Below are positions 22,242 through 32,132 of a DNA stretch of 64,000 nucleotides, one piece after another; position 1 is the stretch's first letter; each line of letters starts with the position of its first letter. This stretch comes from an uncultured Acidobacteriota bacterium (lineage in GTDB: Bacteria; Acidobacteriota; Polarisedimenticolia; J045). Made by a program: the position numbers and the translations under genes. The stretch lies in the NCBI GenBank assembly GCA_963702425.1, contig CAVPCQ010000012.1, positions 160,001 to 224,000 of the forward strand, read 5' to 3'. Under the pieces are notes generated by a model, which was given only the letters and a program-made list of their open reading frames with translations, did no database searches and had not been told where the DNA came from.

Positions 22242-23597
22242 TTGAGAAAGCTCTTCGGTACGGATGGCATGCGCGGCGCGGCGGGCACTCCGCCACTCGA
22301 CCCCGTTTCCCTCTACCGCCTCGGCCGCGCCGTGGTGGCGTCGCTCGAGCCCGGCCCGCGCGGCGACGCGCCGGCACGGATCTGCCTCGGGATGGACACG
22401 CGCGAGTCGTGCCCGTGGATCGCGGCCGCGCTCGCCCAGGGGATCCGCGACGCGGGCGGCGAGCCGGTGAGCGCGGGGATCATGCCGACCCCTGCCCTCG
22501 CGCTGGTGGTCCGCGAGGGGAGCTTCCGCGCCGGGCTGATGGTCTCGGCGTCCCACAACCCTTACCAGGACAACGGCGTCAAGGTACTCGACGCCACCGG
22601 GACCAAGCTCCCCGACGGCGACGAGGCACGGCTCGAGCGGCTGATGGAGCAGCAGCCGGAGCCTGAGGGCTGCGGCGACGCCGACGGCGGTCTGATCGAC
22701 GAATCGACGAGCCTGGACGAGCACTACCTCGCGTTCCTCGCACGCTGCCTCGAAGGGGCCTCCTTCAAGGGGCTGCGGGTCGCGCTCGACACCGCCCACG
22801 GTGCCGCGCACCGGCTGGCGCCGGAGGCGTTCCGGCGCGCCGGGGCGGAGGTCTTGCAGATCGGCGGAGCGCCCGACGGGAGGAACATCAACGACGGGCT
22901 CGGATCGCTCCACCCCGAGGCGCTGGAGCGCACCGTGCGCGAGTCGGGTGCGCACATCGGGTTCGCCTTCGACGGAGACGCCGACCGCTGCATCGGCGTG
23001 ACCTCCTCAGGCGGACTGCTCGACGGCGACTTCATGCTCTACTACATGGGCCGGGTGCTCCACGACACGCGGCGGCTCGCCTACTGCACGGTGGTCGCGA
23101 CCTCGATGAGCAACTTCGGCCTCGAGAAGGCGCTGCGGGCCGAGGAGATCCGGCTCGTGCGGACCGACGTCGGCGACCGCTACGTGCTGCAGGCGCTCAA
23201 GGAGGGCGGATTCGTCCTGGGCGGCGAGCAGTCCGGGCACGTCATCCTGATGCACTACGCGCCATCGGGCGACGGCATCCTGACTGCGCTGACGCTGGCG
23301 CGGATGTGGCGCAGCGGGGGCGGCGACCTCGACGAGGCCCTGGCCCTGATGCCGCGCTACCCGCAGGTGCTCAAGAACCTCCGGGTCCGCGAGAAGCCGC
23401 CGATCGCCGAGCGTCCGGTGCTGGCGGCTGCGGTCCGTGCGGCAGAAGAGGCGCTCGCCGGCGACGGCCGGGTCGTGGTGCGCTACTCCGGCACGGAGCC
23501 GCTGCTGCGGGTGATGGTCGAGGGACCGGAGCGCCAGCGCGTGGAGCAGATCGCGGGCACGGTGCTCGAGGCCTTCCGGCGCGAGGTCGGGGCGTAA
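22242..23597 (+). CDS. glmM: Phosphoglucosamine mutase
   Basis: LFGTDGMRG, SASHNP, FDGDADR, GGEQSGH, RYSGTEPLLRVMVE. Confidence 0.97.
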   Translation: MRKLFGTDGMRGAAGTPPLDPVSLYRLGRAVVASLEPGPRGDAPARICLGMDTRESCPWIAAALAQGIRDAGGEPVSAGIMPTPALALVVREGSFRAGLMVSASHNPYQDNGVKVLDATGTKLPDGDEARLERLMEQQPEPEGCGDADGGLIDESTSLDEHYLAFLARCLEGASFKGLRVALDTAHGAAHRLAPEAFRRAGAEVLQIGGAPDGRNINDGLGSLHPEALERTVRESGAHIGFAFDGDADRCIGVTSSGGLLDGDFMLYYMGRVLHDTRRLAYCTVVATSMSNFGLEKALRAEEIRLVRTDVGDRYVLQALKEGGFVLGGEQSGHVILMHYAPSGDGILTALTLARMWRSGGGDLDEALALMPRYPQVLKNLRVREKPPIAERPVLAAAVRAAEEALAGDGRVVVRYSGTEPLLRVMVEGPERQRVEQIAGTVLEAFRREVGA

Positions 23598-23635
23598 CCG
23601 CCGCCGACCCGAGGCCGGCACGAGGAGAGGAACGC

Positions 23636-24352
23636 ATGAGCCGCCTGTCCGTGAACATCGACCACATCGCCACCCTTCGCCAGGCACGCCGCGCGGCGGA
23701 GCCCGACCCGGTCGCCGCCGCCGTGCTGTGCGAGCTGGCGGGGGCCGGGGGGATCACCGTCCACCTGCGCGGCGACCGCCGCCACATTCAGGACCGCGAC
23801 CTCGAGCGGCTGCGCGAGACGGTCACGACGCGCCTCAACGTCGAGATGGCGGCGACGACCGAGATGCTCCGGATCGCGCGGCAGGTGCGGCCGGACGTCG
23901 TGACGCTGGTGCCGGAGAAGCCGGGCGAGCTGACGACCTCGGGCGGGATCGATGTGGCCCGCCTGGCCGGGCGCCTCAAGCCACACGTGCGCGCGCTCAA
24001 GCGCTCCGGGATCGCCGTCAGCCTGTTCATCGACCCGGTGGAGAAGCAGGTCGAGGCCGCGGCAGCGATCGGCGCGCCGATCGTCGAGCTGAACACCAAC
24101 GCCTACTCGACCGCCCGCACCGGGGCAGCGCAGGCCCGGGCCTACGACGAGCTGATCGTCGCCGCCTGCCGGGCCGACGAGCTGGCGCTGATGGTCGCCG
24201 CCGGGCACGGGCTGACGGTGCGCAACGTGCGGCCGATCGTCGACATCCCGGAGATCTTCGAGCTCAACATCGGCCACAGCATCGTGGCCCGCGCGACGCT
24301 CCTGTCGCTCGACGGCGCGGTGCGGGAGATGCTGGCCGCGATGAACGGCTAG
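23636..24352 (+). CDS. pdxJ: Pyridoxine 5'-phosphate synthase
   Basis: LSVNIDHIATLRQAR, ITVHLRGDRRHIQD, SLFIDP, AGHGL, ELNIGHSI. Confidence 0.97.
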   Translation: MSRLSVNIDHIATLRQARRAAEPDPVAAAVLCELAGAGGITVHLRGDRRHIQDRDLERLRETVTTRLNVEMAATTEMLRIARQVRPDVVTLVPEKPGELTTSGGIDVARLAGRLKPHVRALKRSGIAVSLFIDPVEKQVEAAAAIGAPIVELNTNAYSTARTGAAQARAYDELIVAACRADELALMVAAGHGLTVRNVRPIVDIPEIFELNIGHSIVARATLLSLDGAVREMLAAMNG

Positions 24353-24362
24353 GCGGGCGGGC

Positions 24363-25425
24363 TCAGGCCGGAGGCAGCGCGTCCGGCCGCTCGTCGAGCA
24401 CCTCGTCCGGGACCGCCGCCGCCGCGTCGACGAGGACCTCGACCCCGGCTCCCTCTCGGACCGAGCGCTCGGTCAGGATTCGCCGCCAGGCGCGCGCGCC
24501 CGGCCGGCCGTGCATCAGCCCCAGCAGGCCGTGGACCAGGTGCGAGAGGAAGACCCCCTCCTCGCGCCGCCGCGCGACGTACGGCAGCACGCGCTCGATC
24601 GCCTCGCGCCGGGTCGGTCCGGGTGCGGTGTCGCCGAAGATCGTCGCGTCGGCTTCGGCGAGCAGCCACGGGTCCTCGCAGGCGGCGCGGCCGATCATCG
24701 CCCCGTCGACCTGCGCGAGGTGCGCGTGCGCCTCACCCAGCGAGGCGATCCCGCCGTTGGTCTCGATCGCCAGGTGCCGCCGTTCGCGCTTGAGCCGGTG
24801 GACCTCGTCGTGGCGCAGCGGCGGGACGTCGCGGTTCTCCTTCGGGCTGAGACCGGAGAGCCACGCCTTGCGGGCGTGGACGATGAAGCGGTCGCAACCG
24901 GCGGCCGCGACCGTGTCGACGAAGGCCAGCATGTCCTCGTAGCGGTCGAGGTCGTCGACGCCGATCCGATGCTTGACCGTCACCGGGAGCGCGACCGCGG
25001 CGCGCATCGCGGCGACGCACTCAGCGACCCGCACCGGCTCCTTCATCAGGCAGGCCCCGAAACGCCCCTGCTGCACGCGGTCCGAGGGGCAGCCGGCGTT
25101 CAGGTTGATCTCGTCGTAGCCCAGCTCCTCACCGATCCGCGCCGCCGCGGCCAGCGCGCGCGGATCGTCGCCGCCGAGCTGCAACGCGAGCGGGCGCTCC
25201 TCGGGATCGAAGCCGAGCAGCCGTACGCGGTCACCGTGCAGGACCGCACCGGTCGTGACCATCTCCGAGTAGAGCAAGGTACGCCGAGTCAGCTGGCGCA
25301 GCAGGAAGCGGAAGTGCCGGTCGGTGCGGGCCATCATCGGCGCCACGGACAGCGGCCGCAGGATGCCGCGGCGCGGCGCGGGGACTTCCCGGGTTCTCCG
25401 CGTTCGGACTGCTGGTCTCGATCAC
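24363..25425 (-). CDS. dusA: tRNA-dihydrouridine(20/20a) synthase (start uncertain; probable indel near 25375)
   Basis: LSVAPMM..TDRHFR, ALQLGGDDP, INLNAGCPSDRVQQGRFGACLM, VTVKHRIGVD, IVHARKAWLSGLSPKENR. Confidence 0.93.
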
Positions 25426-25539
25426 CGGGGACGGCGTCGGCGGAGGCGACTTCTAGCGGCTGGTCGTGCTGGCCTCGCCGGGCGCTGGGCCTGGCGTACG
25501 GCCTCCGCGGACGATGCGCGGGCCGCGGGAGGGCCGTCG

Positions 25540-26250
25540 ATGAAGCCGGTGCTGATCGTCCGCCACGCGCCCAGCGAAGGGCCGGGGTAGCCTCACGGAG
25601 TGGCTCGACGCGCGCGGTGCACCGTGGCAACTCCTCGCGGTCGACGAGGGGCGCGCGCTGCCGGCGCGGCCTGACGGCCACGGGGCGCTGGTCTTCATGG
25701 GCGGCCCGATGAGCGCCAACGACCCGCTCCCATGGGTGGCGGACGCGCTGGCGCTGATCCGGCGGGCACACGGCGCGGGGATCCCGGTGCTGGGGCACTG
25801 CCTGGGCGCGCAGTTGCTGGCGAAGGCGCTGGGCGGGCAGGTCGTGCGCAGCGCGGTGCCGGAGATCGGCTGGCTGCCGGTCGAGGCCGCCCCGACGCGC
25901 GAGGCCGCGGCGGCCGTCGCGGAGGGCTGGCTCCCGGCGTCGTTCGAGGCGTTCCACTGGCACGGCGAGACCTTCTCGCTGCCGGAGGGGGCCGCGTGGC
26001 TGCTGCGGAGCGCCACCTGCGCCCATCAGGCCTTCGCACTCGGGCGCTCGCTGGGGCTGCAGTTCCACGTCGAGATGACGGCGCAGATGGTGGGCGACTG
26101 GGCGGCCAGCGGCGCGGCCGAGCTGGCGCGGCCGGCGGCGGCGACGGTGCAGGACGCCGCCGGGATGACCACGCGGCTCGAGGAGCGGATCGCCGCGCTC
26201 CACGCCGTCGCCGACGCGTTCTATTCGCGGTGGTGGCAGCGGAGCTCTGA
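25540..26250 (+). CDS. Type 1 glutamine amidotransferase, GMP-synthase-like (indels near 25590 and 26235)
   Basis: MKPVLIVRHAPSEGPG, MGGPMSAND, LGHCLGAQ (catalytic Cys), FHWHGETF, LQFHVE. Confidence 0.85.
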
Positions 26251-26259
26251 GGCCGGCCC

Positions 26260-27267
26260 CTACGATTTGTCCTTGAAGTCGGCCGGGATCGTCACCTCGG
26301 CATCCGGAACGGTCGAACCGGCGGAGACGATCGTCGAGGTCGAGCGGAAGAGCGTCGTGCGGCCCGGAGTTCCACCCTCCGCCGGCGCTTCCTTCTTCTT
26401 CATCATCTTCTTGCCCAGGCCGCCGAGCAGTCCTCCGACCGAGGTCGGCGTCGACTCCTTCTCCTCGGCCGCCTGCTGCTTCTGCTGCTCGGGCGAGGCG
26501 ACCGTATCGAACACCATCGTCGTACGGATCGGCGAGCCGCTCATGTCGACCTGCTTCTCCTGCAGCTTCTTCATCGCCTCCGCGAACTGCGGGTTGGTCG
26601 CGATCAGGGCCGCCATCTGCTGCATCTCGGCGCCGAACGTCTCGAACAGCCCGATCGCCTTGAAGTAGCGCATGTGGAAGGCCGCCTGCTCCTTCAGTTC
26701 CTTCAGCTCCGGCCCGAGCCAGCTGTCGAGCGTGACGACGATCCCGCCGCCCCCCTCGAGCGTCTGTCCCTTCGGGTGGCCGGTGACCGTGAGCAGGACC
26801 TCGCGGGTGTCGTAGCCGGAGATGACCTCCTTCTTGCCGGTCTCCTTCAGGTCGACCGTCCACTCGTATTCGACCTGGTCCGCCGGGGGCGCCTCGCCCT
26901 GCTCGGCCTGCTGCTTCTTCGCGTCCTCCAGCGCCTTTTTCATCTCTTCACGGATCTGGGCGAAGGTCTTGACCGTGTACTTCTTCTTGTCGAAGTTGAT
27001 CTCGTAGACCTTCTCCGCCGCGAGGTCGATCAGCTCGCCCGTGTCCATCGTCTTCGACATCAGGCGCTCGCCCTTCAGGGCGTCGATCGAAGTGACCCCT
27101 TCGCGCGCCGCCTTGCCGCCGAAGGTCCGGAACATCGACCCGAGGAAACCCCCGAACTCGACCTTGGCGTGCTGTTCGACCCGCGCGTCGGCGAGGGCCG
27201 GGAGCAGGCCGAACGGGAGCAGCAGCACCGGAACCAGGAGAATCGAGACCCGCCTGCGCGCGTTCAT
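26260..27267 (-). CDS. Secreted hypothetical protein
   Basis: Signal peptide MNARRRVSILL...ALA; strong codon bias; AAGGAG RBS; ends IPADFK. Confidence 0.8.
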   Translation of the reverse strand: MNARRRVSILLVPVLLLPFGLLPALADARVEQHAKVEFGGFLGSMFRTFGGKAAREGVTSIDALKGERLMSKTMDTGELIDLAAEKVYEINFDKKKYTVKTFAQIREEMKKALEDAKKQQAEQGEAPPADQVEYEWTVDLKETGKKEVISGYDTREVLLTVTGHPKGQTLEGGGGIVVTLDSWLGPELKELKEQAAFHMRYFKAIGLFETFGAEMQQMAALIATNPQFAEAMKKLQEKQVDMSGSPIRTTMVFDTVASPEQQKQQAAEEKESTPTSVGGLLGGLGKKMMKKKEAPAEGGTPGRTTLFRSTSTIVSAGSTVPDAEVTIPADFKDKS

Positions 27268-27318
27268 GGTCGTCTTCGCTCCTTTCGTGCGTGTCGTGCC
27301 TGCCATTATGATCCGCCC

Positions 27319-28200
27319 ATGACCAGTCGTCCCAGCCGGGCCAGGGTCGTCGCCGTCTTCCTCCTGCTGACCCTGATCTGGGGTACGACCTGGGCCGCGA
27401 TCCGCTTCAGCCTCGAGGGGATCCCGCCGTTCCTCGGGGTTTCGCTGCGGTTCGCGCTGGCGGGGGCGCTGCTGGTCGGAATCGCCCTCTGGCAGCGGAT
27501 TCCGCTGGGACGGTCGCGGACCGAGCGCCGGCTCTGGCTCGCCAACGGCCTGCTCTCGTTCTGCGCCTCCTACGGGTTGGTGTACTGGGCCGAGCAGTAC
27601 GTCCCGTCCGGGCTGACCGCCGTCCTGTGGGCGACCTTCCCGCTGATGGTCGCGGTCATGGCGCACTTCGCCCTGCCGCACGAGAGGATGACCGGGCGCG
27701 GCGTGGTCGGCGTGGTCGTCGGGTTCCTGGGGCTGGCGGTGATCTACTCCGAGGACCTGGGCCGGCTCGGCGGGCCGCAGGTCGCGTTTGCCTCGCTGGT
27801 CCTGCTGCTGTCGCCGTTCGTCTCGGCGATCAGCAACGTCGCGATCAAGCGCTGGGGCAAGGGGATCCCCGCGCTCTCGCTGGCCGGGCCGCCGATGCTG
27901 ATCGGCGGCGTCGTGATGGCGGGCGTGTCGGCCGTGGTCGAGCGCAGCGCGCCGGTGACGTGGGGCGCGCGGCCGGTCGCCGCCCTCCTCTACCTGGCGC
28001 TCGCCGGCTCGGCGCTGACCTTCAGCCTCTACTACTGGCTGCTCTCGCACACGACCGTCGTGCGGACCTCGCTGATCTCCTACACGATCCCGGTCGTCGC
28101 GCTGGCGATCGGGGTGCTCGTGATGGGCGAGCCGATCACCGCCCGCGTGATGGCCGGATCGCTGCTGGTCGTCGGCGGGATCGCTCTGGCGACGGCCTAG
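27319..28200 (+). CDS. EamA/DMT family transporter
   Basis: LIWGTTWAAIR, LRFALAG, VPSGLTAVL, PVVALAIG...GEPIT; about 10 TMs. Confidence 0.92.
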   Translation: MTSRPSRARVVAVFLLLTLIWGTTWAAIRFSLEGIPPFLGVSLRFALAGALLVGIALWQRIPLGRSRTERRLWLANGLLSFCASYGLVYWAEQYVPSGLTAVLWATFPLMVAVMAHFALPHERMTGRGVVGVVVGFLGLAVIYSEDLGRLGGPQVAFASLVLLLSPFVSAISNVAIKRWGKGIPALSLAGPPMLIGGVVMAGVSAVVERSAPVTWGARPVAALLYLALAGSALTFSLYYWLLSHTTVVRTSLISYTIPVVALAIGVLVMGEPITARVMAGSLLVVGGIALATA

Positions 28201-28252
28201 CTGCGCTGGGCGCTGCCGCCGGTCGGACGCAGCCGCCGGCCGGCCGCCGCGT

Positions 28253-29140
28253 TCAGCCGAGCGCCGGGGCCAGGATCTCGCGCGCGAAATCGGCGAGCGT
28301 CGTCGGCGACGAGGTCTCGGGGCTGCGCGGTTCCTCGGACACGATCGTGCCGTCGTTGACCCCCCGGTAGAGATCGAGCATCGCGCCCGCGGCGCCGGGG
28401 CTCATGCCCATCCCCTGCAGGGCCTCGCGGGCCTGCTCCGGCGTGATCTGCACGTGCGCTATCCGCCGCCCGGCCGCAGCCGAGAAGATCGCCGCGGCTT
28501 CGTCGTAGCTGACGTCGGCGGGGCCGTGCAGACCGCGGGTGGAGCGCCCCGTCCAGGCGCCGTCGAGCAGCCGCCCGGCGGCGACGGCGGCGATGTCGCG
28601 CGTGTCGACCATCGGGCCGCGGGCGCTGCCGGCGACCGGCATGAAGATCGCGCCCATCCCCTTGATCGACGGGATCTGCCAGAGGAAGTTCTGGAAGAAC
28701 GCCGCCGGCCGGAGGTGGGTCACGTTGGGGCAGGCGGCGTCGAGCATCGCCTCGACGTCGTGCAGGCCGACAATCGGGCCGGTGCCACGCTCGAGCTGTG
28801 CGCCGATGCTCGACAGGTGCACGACGCGCGGAATCCGGTTGGCCTCGATCACGGCGGCCGCGCTGCGACCCAGCGCGCCGTAGTAGGCGCGCAAGTCGGG
28901 CGCGGCGTAGTTCGGCGGCGTCAGCCAGAAGAGGACGTCGGCCCCCCGCGTGGCCTCGGCGACGAAGGCGGCGTCCTGCAGCGAGCCGGCGCGGATGGCA
29001 GCACCGCGTGCGGCGGCGTGGGCGAGCTTCTCGGGGTGGCGCGCGAGCAGGACGAGATCGGGACCGGCGCCGGCCTCGAGCAGGCGCTCGACGAGGGGGC
29101 GGCCGACGTTGCCGGTGGGGGCGGTGACGGCGATGCGCAT
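28253..29140 (-). CDS. NmrA-family NAD(P)-binding protein
   Basis: IAVTAPTGNVG, VVHLSSIGA, LRPAAFFQN, VDTRDIA. Confidence 0.92.
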   Translation of the reverse strand: MRIAVTAPTGNVGRPLVERLLEAGAGPDLVLLARHPEKLAHAAARGAAIRAGSLQDAAFVAEATRGADVLFWLTPPNYAAPDLRAYYGALGRSAAAVIEANRIPRVVHLSSIGAQLERGTGPIVGLHDVEAMLDAACPNVTHLRPAAFFQNFLWQIPSIKGMGAIFMPVAGSARGPMVDTRDIAAVAAGRLLDGAWTGRSTRGLHGPADVSYDEAAAIFSAAAGRRIAHVQITPEQAREALQGMGMSPGAAGAMLDLYRGVNDGTIVSEEPRSPETSSPTTLADFAREILAPALG

Positions 29141-29385
29141 GGTCGGTCCTCGGGAGAGAGTTCGGGTCTCGGGCGCAGAATGCCGCAGGTCGGCGAGTAC
29201 CGCATCCGGGGGATTGTCACCCCGTGTTCACCCTTCCTTCTGCGCGCTGTCACCTCGAACTCGCAGACTCGCCTCAATCCCACGGCGCCCGCCGCCCCCC
29301 CCGCGGCGGGCAGGCATCGCGGCCCGGACTTCCCTCACGGCCCGTCTCGGGGCCGACCATCCCACCGGGCCCTCAGCACCAGGGC

Positions 29386-29423
29386 CGGGCGGGCCCTCCT
29401 CCGGGGCCTGCCCGATCTTTTTT
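29386..29423 (+). terminator. Intrinsic terminator-like hairpin
   Basis: CGGGCGGGCCC-TCCTCCG-GGGCCTGCCCG followed by ATCTTTTTT. Confidence 0.55.
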
Positions 29424-29426
29424 CCC

Positions 29427-29454
29427 GGAACTCCTCCCGCCGACGGCGGTCCAA
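29427..29454 (+). promoter_or_regulatory. Putative ECF-sigma promoter
   Basis: GGAAC-N17-GTCCAA, 30 nt upstream of ATG 29485 (AAGGAG RBS). Confidence 0.5.
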
Positions 29455-29484
29455 CGGGTCGGGACCAGCCAAGGAGACCACGCC

Positions 29485-30357
29485 ATGACGACTCGCCGCT
29501 TCCCGTTCCCGCTCCTGCCCCTCGGCCTGCTGGCCGCCGCCCTCCCGCTTTCCCTCCTGCTCGCCGGGGCCGCGCCGGCCACCGCCTGCCAGGCCGCGCC
29601 CTGCCCCTACTCGATCGAGGTCCTCGTCGACGGGCAGCCGCTGGCGACCTACGCCGCCCGCGGCACGACCTACGTCGAGGCGCTGCGCGGCCGCGAGTAC
29701 GCGATCCGGCTGCGGAACAACACCGGCCGCCGCGTGGCCGTCGCGCTGTCGGTCGACGGTCTGAACTCGATCGATGCGAAGTCCACGACCGCGCGCGACG
29801 CGTCCAAGTGGGTGCTCGGACCGTGGGAGACCGCGGTGATCAGCGGCTGGCAGACCAGTTCCGACCACGCCCGCCGTTTCTTCTTCACCAGCGAGGAGAA
29901 GTCGTACGGGGCGTGGCTCGGGCAGACCGACGACCTCGGCGTGGTGTCCGCCGCCTTCTTCCGCGAGATCGAGGCGCCGCGGCCGCAGGCGAAGCGTGCC
30001 CAGCCGATGGCGCCGGAGGCCGACGGGGGGGCGCGCCATCGGGACGAAGCGCCGGCGGCCGGCGCCGCGCAGAATGCGCCGACCGAGAGCAAGGCCGAGC
30101 GCAAGGCGGACGGCAAGGACGCGCTGTCCGACGAATACGCTGCAACCGGCATCGGCCGCCAGGTCGACGCCCCGGTCTACTCGGTCGACATGAAGCTCGA
30201 GCGGAACCCGGCCGCGACTGTCTCGATCCGCTACGAGTACCGCGACGCGCTGGTCCGGCTGGGCGTGCTGCCCGCGCCGCGACCGACGCCGGACCCGCTG
30301 GCGCGGCGCGAGCGGGCGCGCGGGTTCCAGGAGTTCGCGCCGGATCCGTACCGCTGA
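29485..30357 (+). CDS. Secreted conserved hypothetical protein
   Basis: Signal peptide; IEVLVDG...EYAIRLRNNTGRRVAVALSVDGLNSID...ISGWQ...RRFFFT...IRYEYRDALVRLG. Confidence 0.82.
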   Translation: MTTRRFPFPLLPLGLLAAALPLSLLLAGAAPATACQAAPCPYSIEVLVDGQPLATYAARGTTYVEALRGREYAIRLRNNTGRRVAVALSVDGLNSIDAKSTTARDASKWVLGPWETAVISGWQTSSDHARRFFFTSEEKSYGAWLGQTDDLGVVSAAFFREIEAPRPQAKRAQPMAPEADGGARHRDEAPAAGAAQNAPTESKAERKADGKDALSDEYAATGIGRQVDAPVYSVDMKLERNPAATVSIRYEYRDALVRLGVLPAPRPTPDPLARRERARGFQEFAPDPYR

Positions 30358-30382
30358 GCCTCTCCCGAGCCGGTGTTCTTTC

Positions 30383-30458
30383 GGGCCGCCACGGAGGGTG
30401 GCCTCTGCAGAAGACGAGACGTTTCGCGGGCCGTAGGGGCCGGCCTCCGTGCCGGCCC
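30383..30458. repeat. REP pair (degenerate minus copy 30383-30408, canonical plus copy 30433-30458) between convergent genes
   Basis: Minus GCAGAGGCCACCCTCCGTGGCGGCCC; plus GTAGGGGCCGGCCTCCGTGCCGGCCC. Confidence 0.8.
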
Positions 30459-30473
30459 TTGCCGTCTCTCCGC

Positions 30474-31946
30474 TCAGCGCACCCCGCCCATCAGCCGCCG
30501 CACCAGCGGCGACGCCAGCGCCAGCACGATCCCCGCGACCAGCGTCGTGCCGGCCACGATCCCGAACAGCGCCGGCAGCGACACCGTCTCGTACATCCCG
30601 GCGACGCGGCCGCCGAGGTAGTTCCCCACCGCGGCGGCCAGGAACCAGACCCCCATCATCAGTCCGGTGACGCGCGCCGGGGCGAGCTTGGTCACGGTGC
30701 TCAACCCGACCGGGGAAAGACAGAGCTCACCGACGACGTGGAAGAAATAGGTCGCGAGCAGCCAGCCCACGCCCACCTTCGCCCCGCCCGCCGAACGCAC
30801 CGAGGCCGCCACCATCACCAGGAACCCGACACCGACCGAGAGCAGTCCCAGCGAGAACTTCACCGGGCTCGACGGCTGGCGCGAGCCGAGCCGGGTCCAG
30901 AGCCACGCGAAGACCGGGGCGAACAGGATCACGAACAGGGCGGGCACCCACTGGAACCAGCCCGCCGGGAACTCCCATCCGCCGAGCGTCCGGTCCGTCG
31001 CGTTGCGCGCGAAGAGGTTCAGCGACGAGCCGGCCTGCTCGTACGCGCCCCAGAAGAAGGCCGCGGCGACGAACAGCGCGACGATCGCCCACAGGCGCCC
31101 GCGCTCGGTCGGCGTCCAGTTGCCGGTTCGGAACAGCCACGCGAAGAAGACGAGCACCAGCAGGATCAGGAAGACGCCGAAGGCGTTCGAGATCGACTCC
31201 GCGGTCGGCACCAGCCAGCCCAGCCCCCACGCCGCGGCAACGCCCGCGAGGGCCACGCCGCCCAGGACGGCGCCGAGCACGAGCTGCCGCACCTGCAGCG
31301 TGGAGGCCTCCGCGCTCCCGGTACCGGCCGGCTGCAGGCCCGCATCGCCGAGCCGGCGTTGCCCCACCATGTAGACCGCGAGGCCGACACACATGCCGAC
31401 GCCGGCCGCGGCGAAACCCGCCCGCCAGTCGACCTTCTCGCCGAGCCAGCTGCAGACCAGCGGGCCGAGGAAGGCGCCGAGGTTGATGCCCATGTAGAAG
31501 AGCGAGAACCCCGCGTCGCGCCGATCGTCCTCCGGGGCGTAGAGCTGGCCGACGATCGCGCTGACGTTCGGCTTGAGCAGCCCCGTCCCGGCGATGACCA
31601 GCCCGAGTCCAGCGTAGAAGGCCGCCATCGACGGCACCGCCATCGCGAAGTAGCCGAGGGCGATCAGCACCCCGCCGAACAGGACCGCCTTGCGCTGGCC
31701 GAGGAACCGGTCGGCGATCCAGCCGCCCGGGAGCCCGAGGAAGTAGACGAGCGAGGTGAACAGCGCGTACACGGCCCCGGCGTCCGCCGTGCTCATGCCG
31801 ACGCCCCCCTCCGCCGCGGCCGCAGTGAGGTAGAGGATCAGCAGGGCGCGCATCCCGTAGTAGCCGAAGCGCTCCCACATCTCGGTGAGGAAGAGGACGG
31901 CGAGGCCGCCGGGGTGGCCGAAGAAGGACCGCTCGGGGTTCGTCAT
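30474..31946 (-). CDS. POT-family peptide:H+ symporter (DtpT-like MFS)
   Basis: FFGHP, TEMWERFGYYGMRA, GTGLLKPN, FSLFYMGINLG, GELCLSPVGLS. Confidence 0.96.
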   Translation of the reverse strand: MTNPERSFFGHPGGLAVLFLTEMWERFGYYGMRALLILYLTAAAAEGGVGMSTADAGAVYALFTSLVYFLGLPGGWIADRFLGQRKAVLFGGVLIALGYFAMAVPSMAAFYAGLGLVIAGTGLLKPNVSAIVGQLYAPEDDRRDAGFSLFYMGINLGAFLGPLVCSWLGEKVDWRAGFAAAGVGMCVGLAVYMVGQRRLGDAGLQPAGTGSAEASTLQVRQLVLGAVLGGVALAGVAAAWGLGWLVPTAESISNAFGVFLILLVLVFFAWLFRTGNWTPTERGRLWAIVALFVAAAFFWGAYEQAGSSLNLFARNATDRTLGGWEFPAGWFQWVPALFVILFAPVFAWLWTRLGSRQPSSPVKFSLGLLSVGVGFLVMVAASVRSAGGAKVGVGWLLATYFFHVVGELCLSPVGLSTVTKLAPARVTGLMMGVWFLAAAVGNYLGGRVAGMYETVSLPALFGIVAGTTLVAGIVLALASPLVRRLMGGVR

Positions 31947-31985
31947 CGCCAAAGAGTAACCAATATCCGACAACAGTAATAGCCT

Positions 31986-32113
31986 GTAGGGGCCGGCCTC
32001 TGTGCCGGCCCGTGCAGGGCCGGCCTCTGTGCCGGCCCGTGCAGGGCCGGCCTCTGTGCCGGCCCGAACTGCGACGGCGCGTCACGCGGGCCGGCACGGA
32101 GGCCGGCCCCTAC
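31986..32113. repeat. REP cluster: three tandem 27-bp units plus one inverted copy
   Basis: GGGCCGGCCTCTGTGCCGGCCC at 31990, 32017 and 32044 with GTGCA linkers; inverted GGGCCGGCACGGAGGCCGGCCCCTAC at 32088-32113. Confidence 0.92.
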
Positions 32114-32132
32114 AGGGCGCGCGCCGCGGCCC

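Noticed and set aside
25588-25590. In-frame TAG in the GATase as pyrrolysine/readthrough, and selenocysteine in DUF3179
   Set aside because: The downstream sequence is in a different frame (an extra G in TAC), so it is an indel; DUF3179 has no in-frame TGA at its motif
25697-26668. GATase with a long C-terminal extension
   Set aside because: The extension overlaps the opposite-strand gene by 400 nt; one extra base restores a stop at 26250
31986-32113. Mini CRISPR array
   Set aside because: Units are joined by an identical 5-nt linker, with no unique spacers or cas genes; they are REP copies
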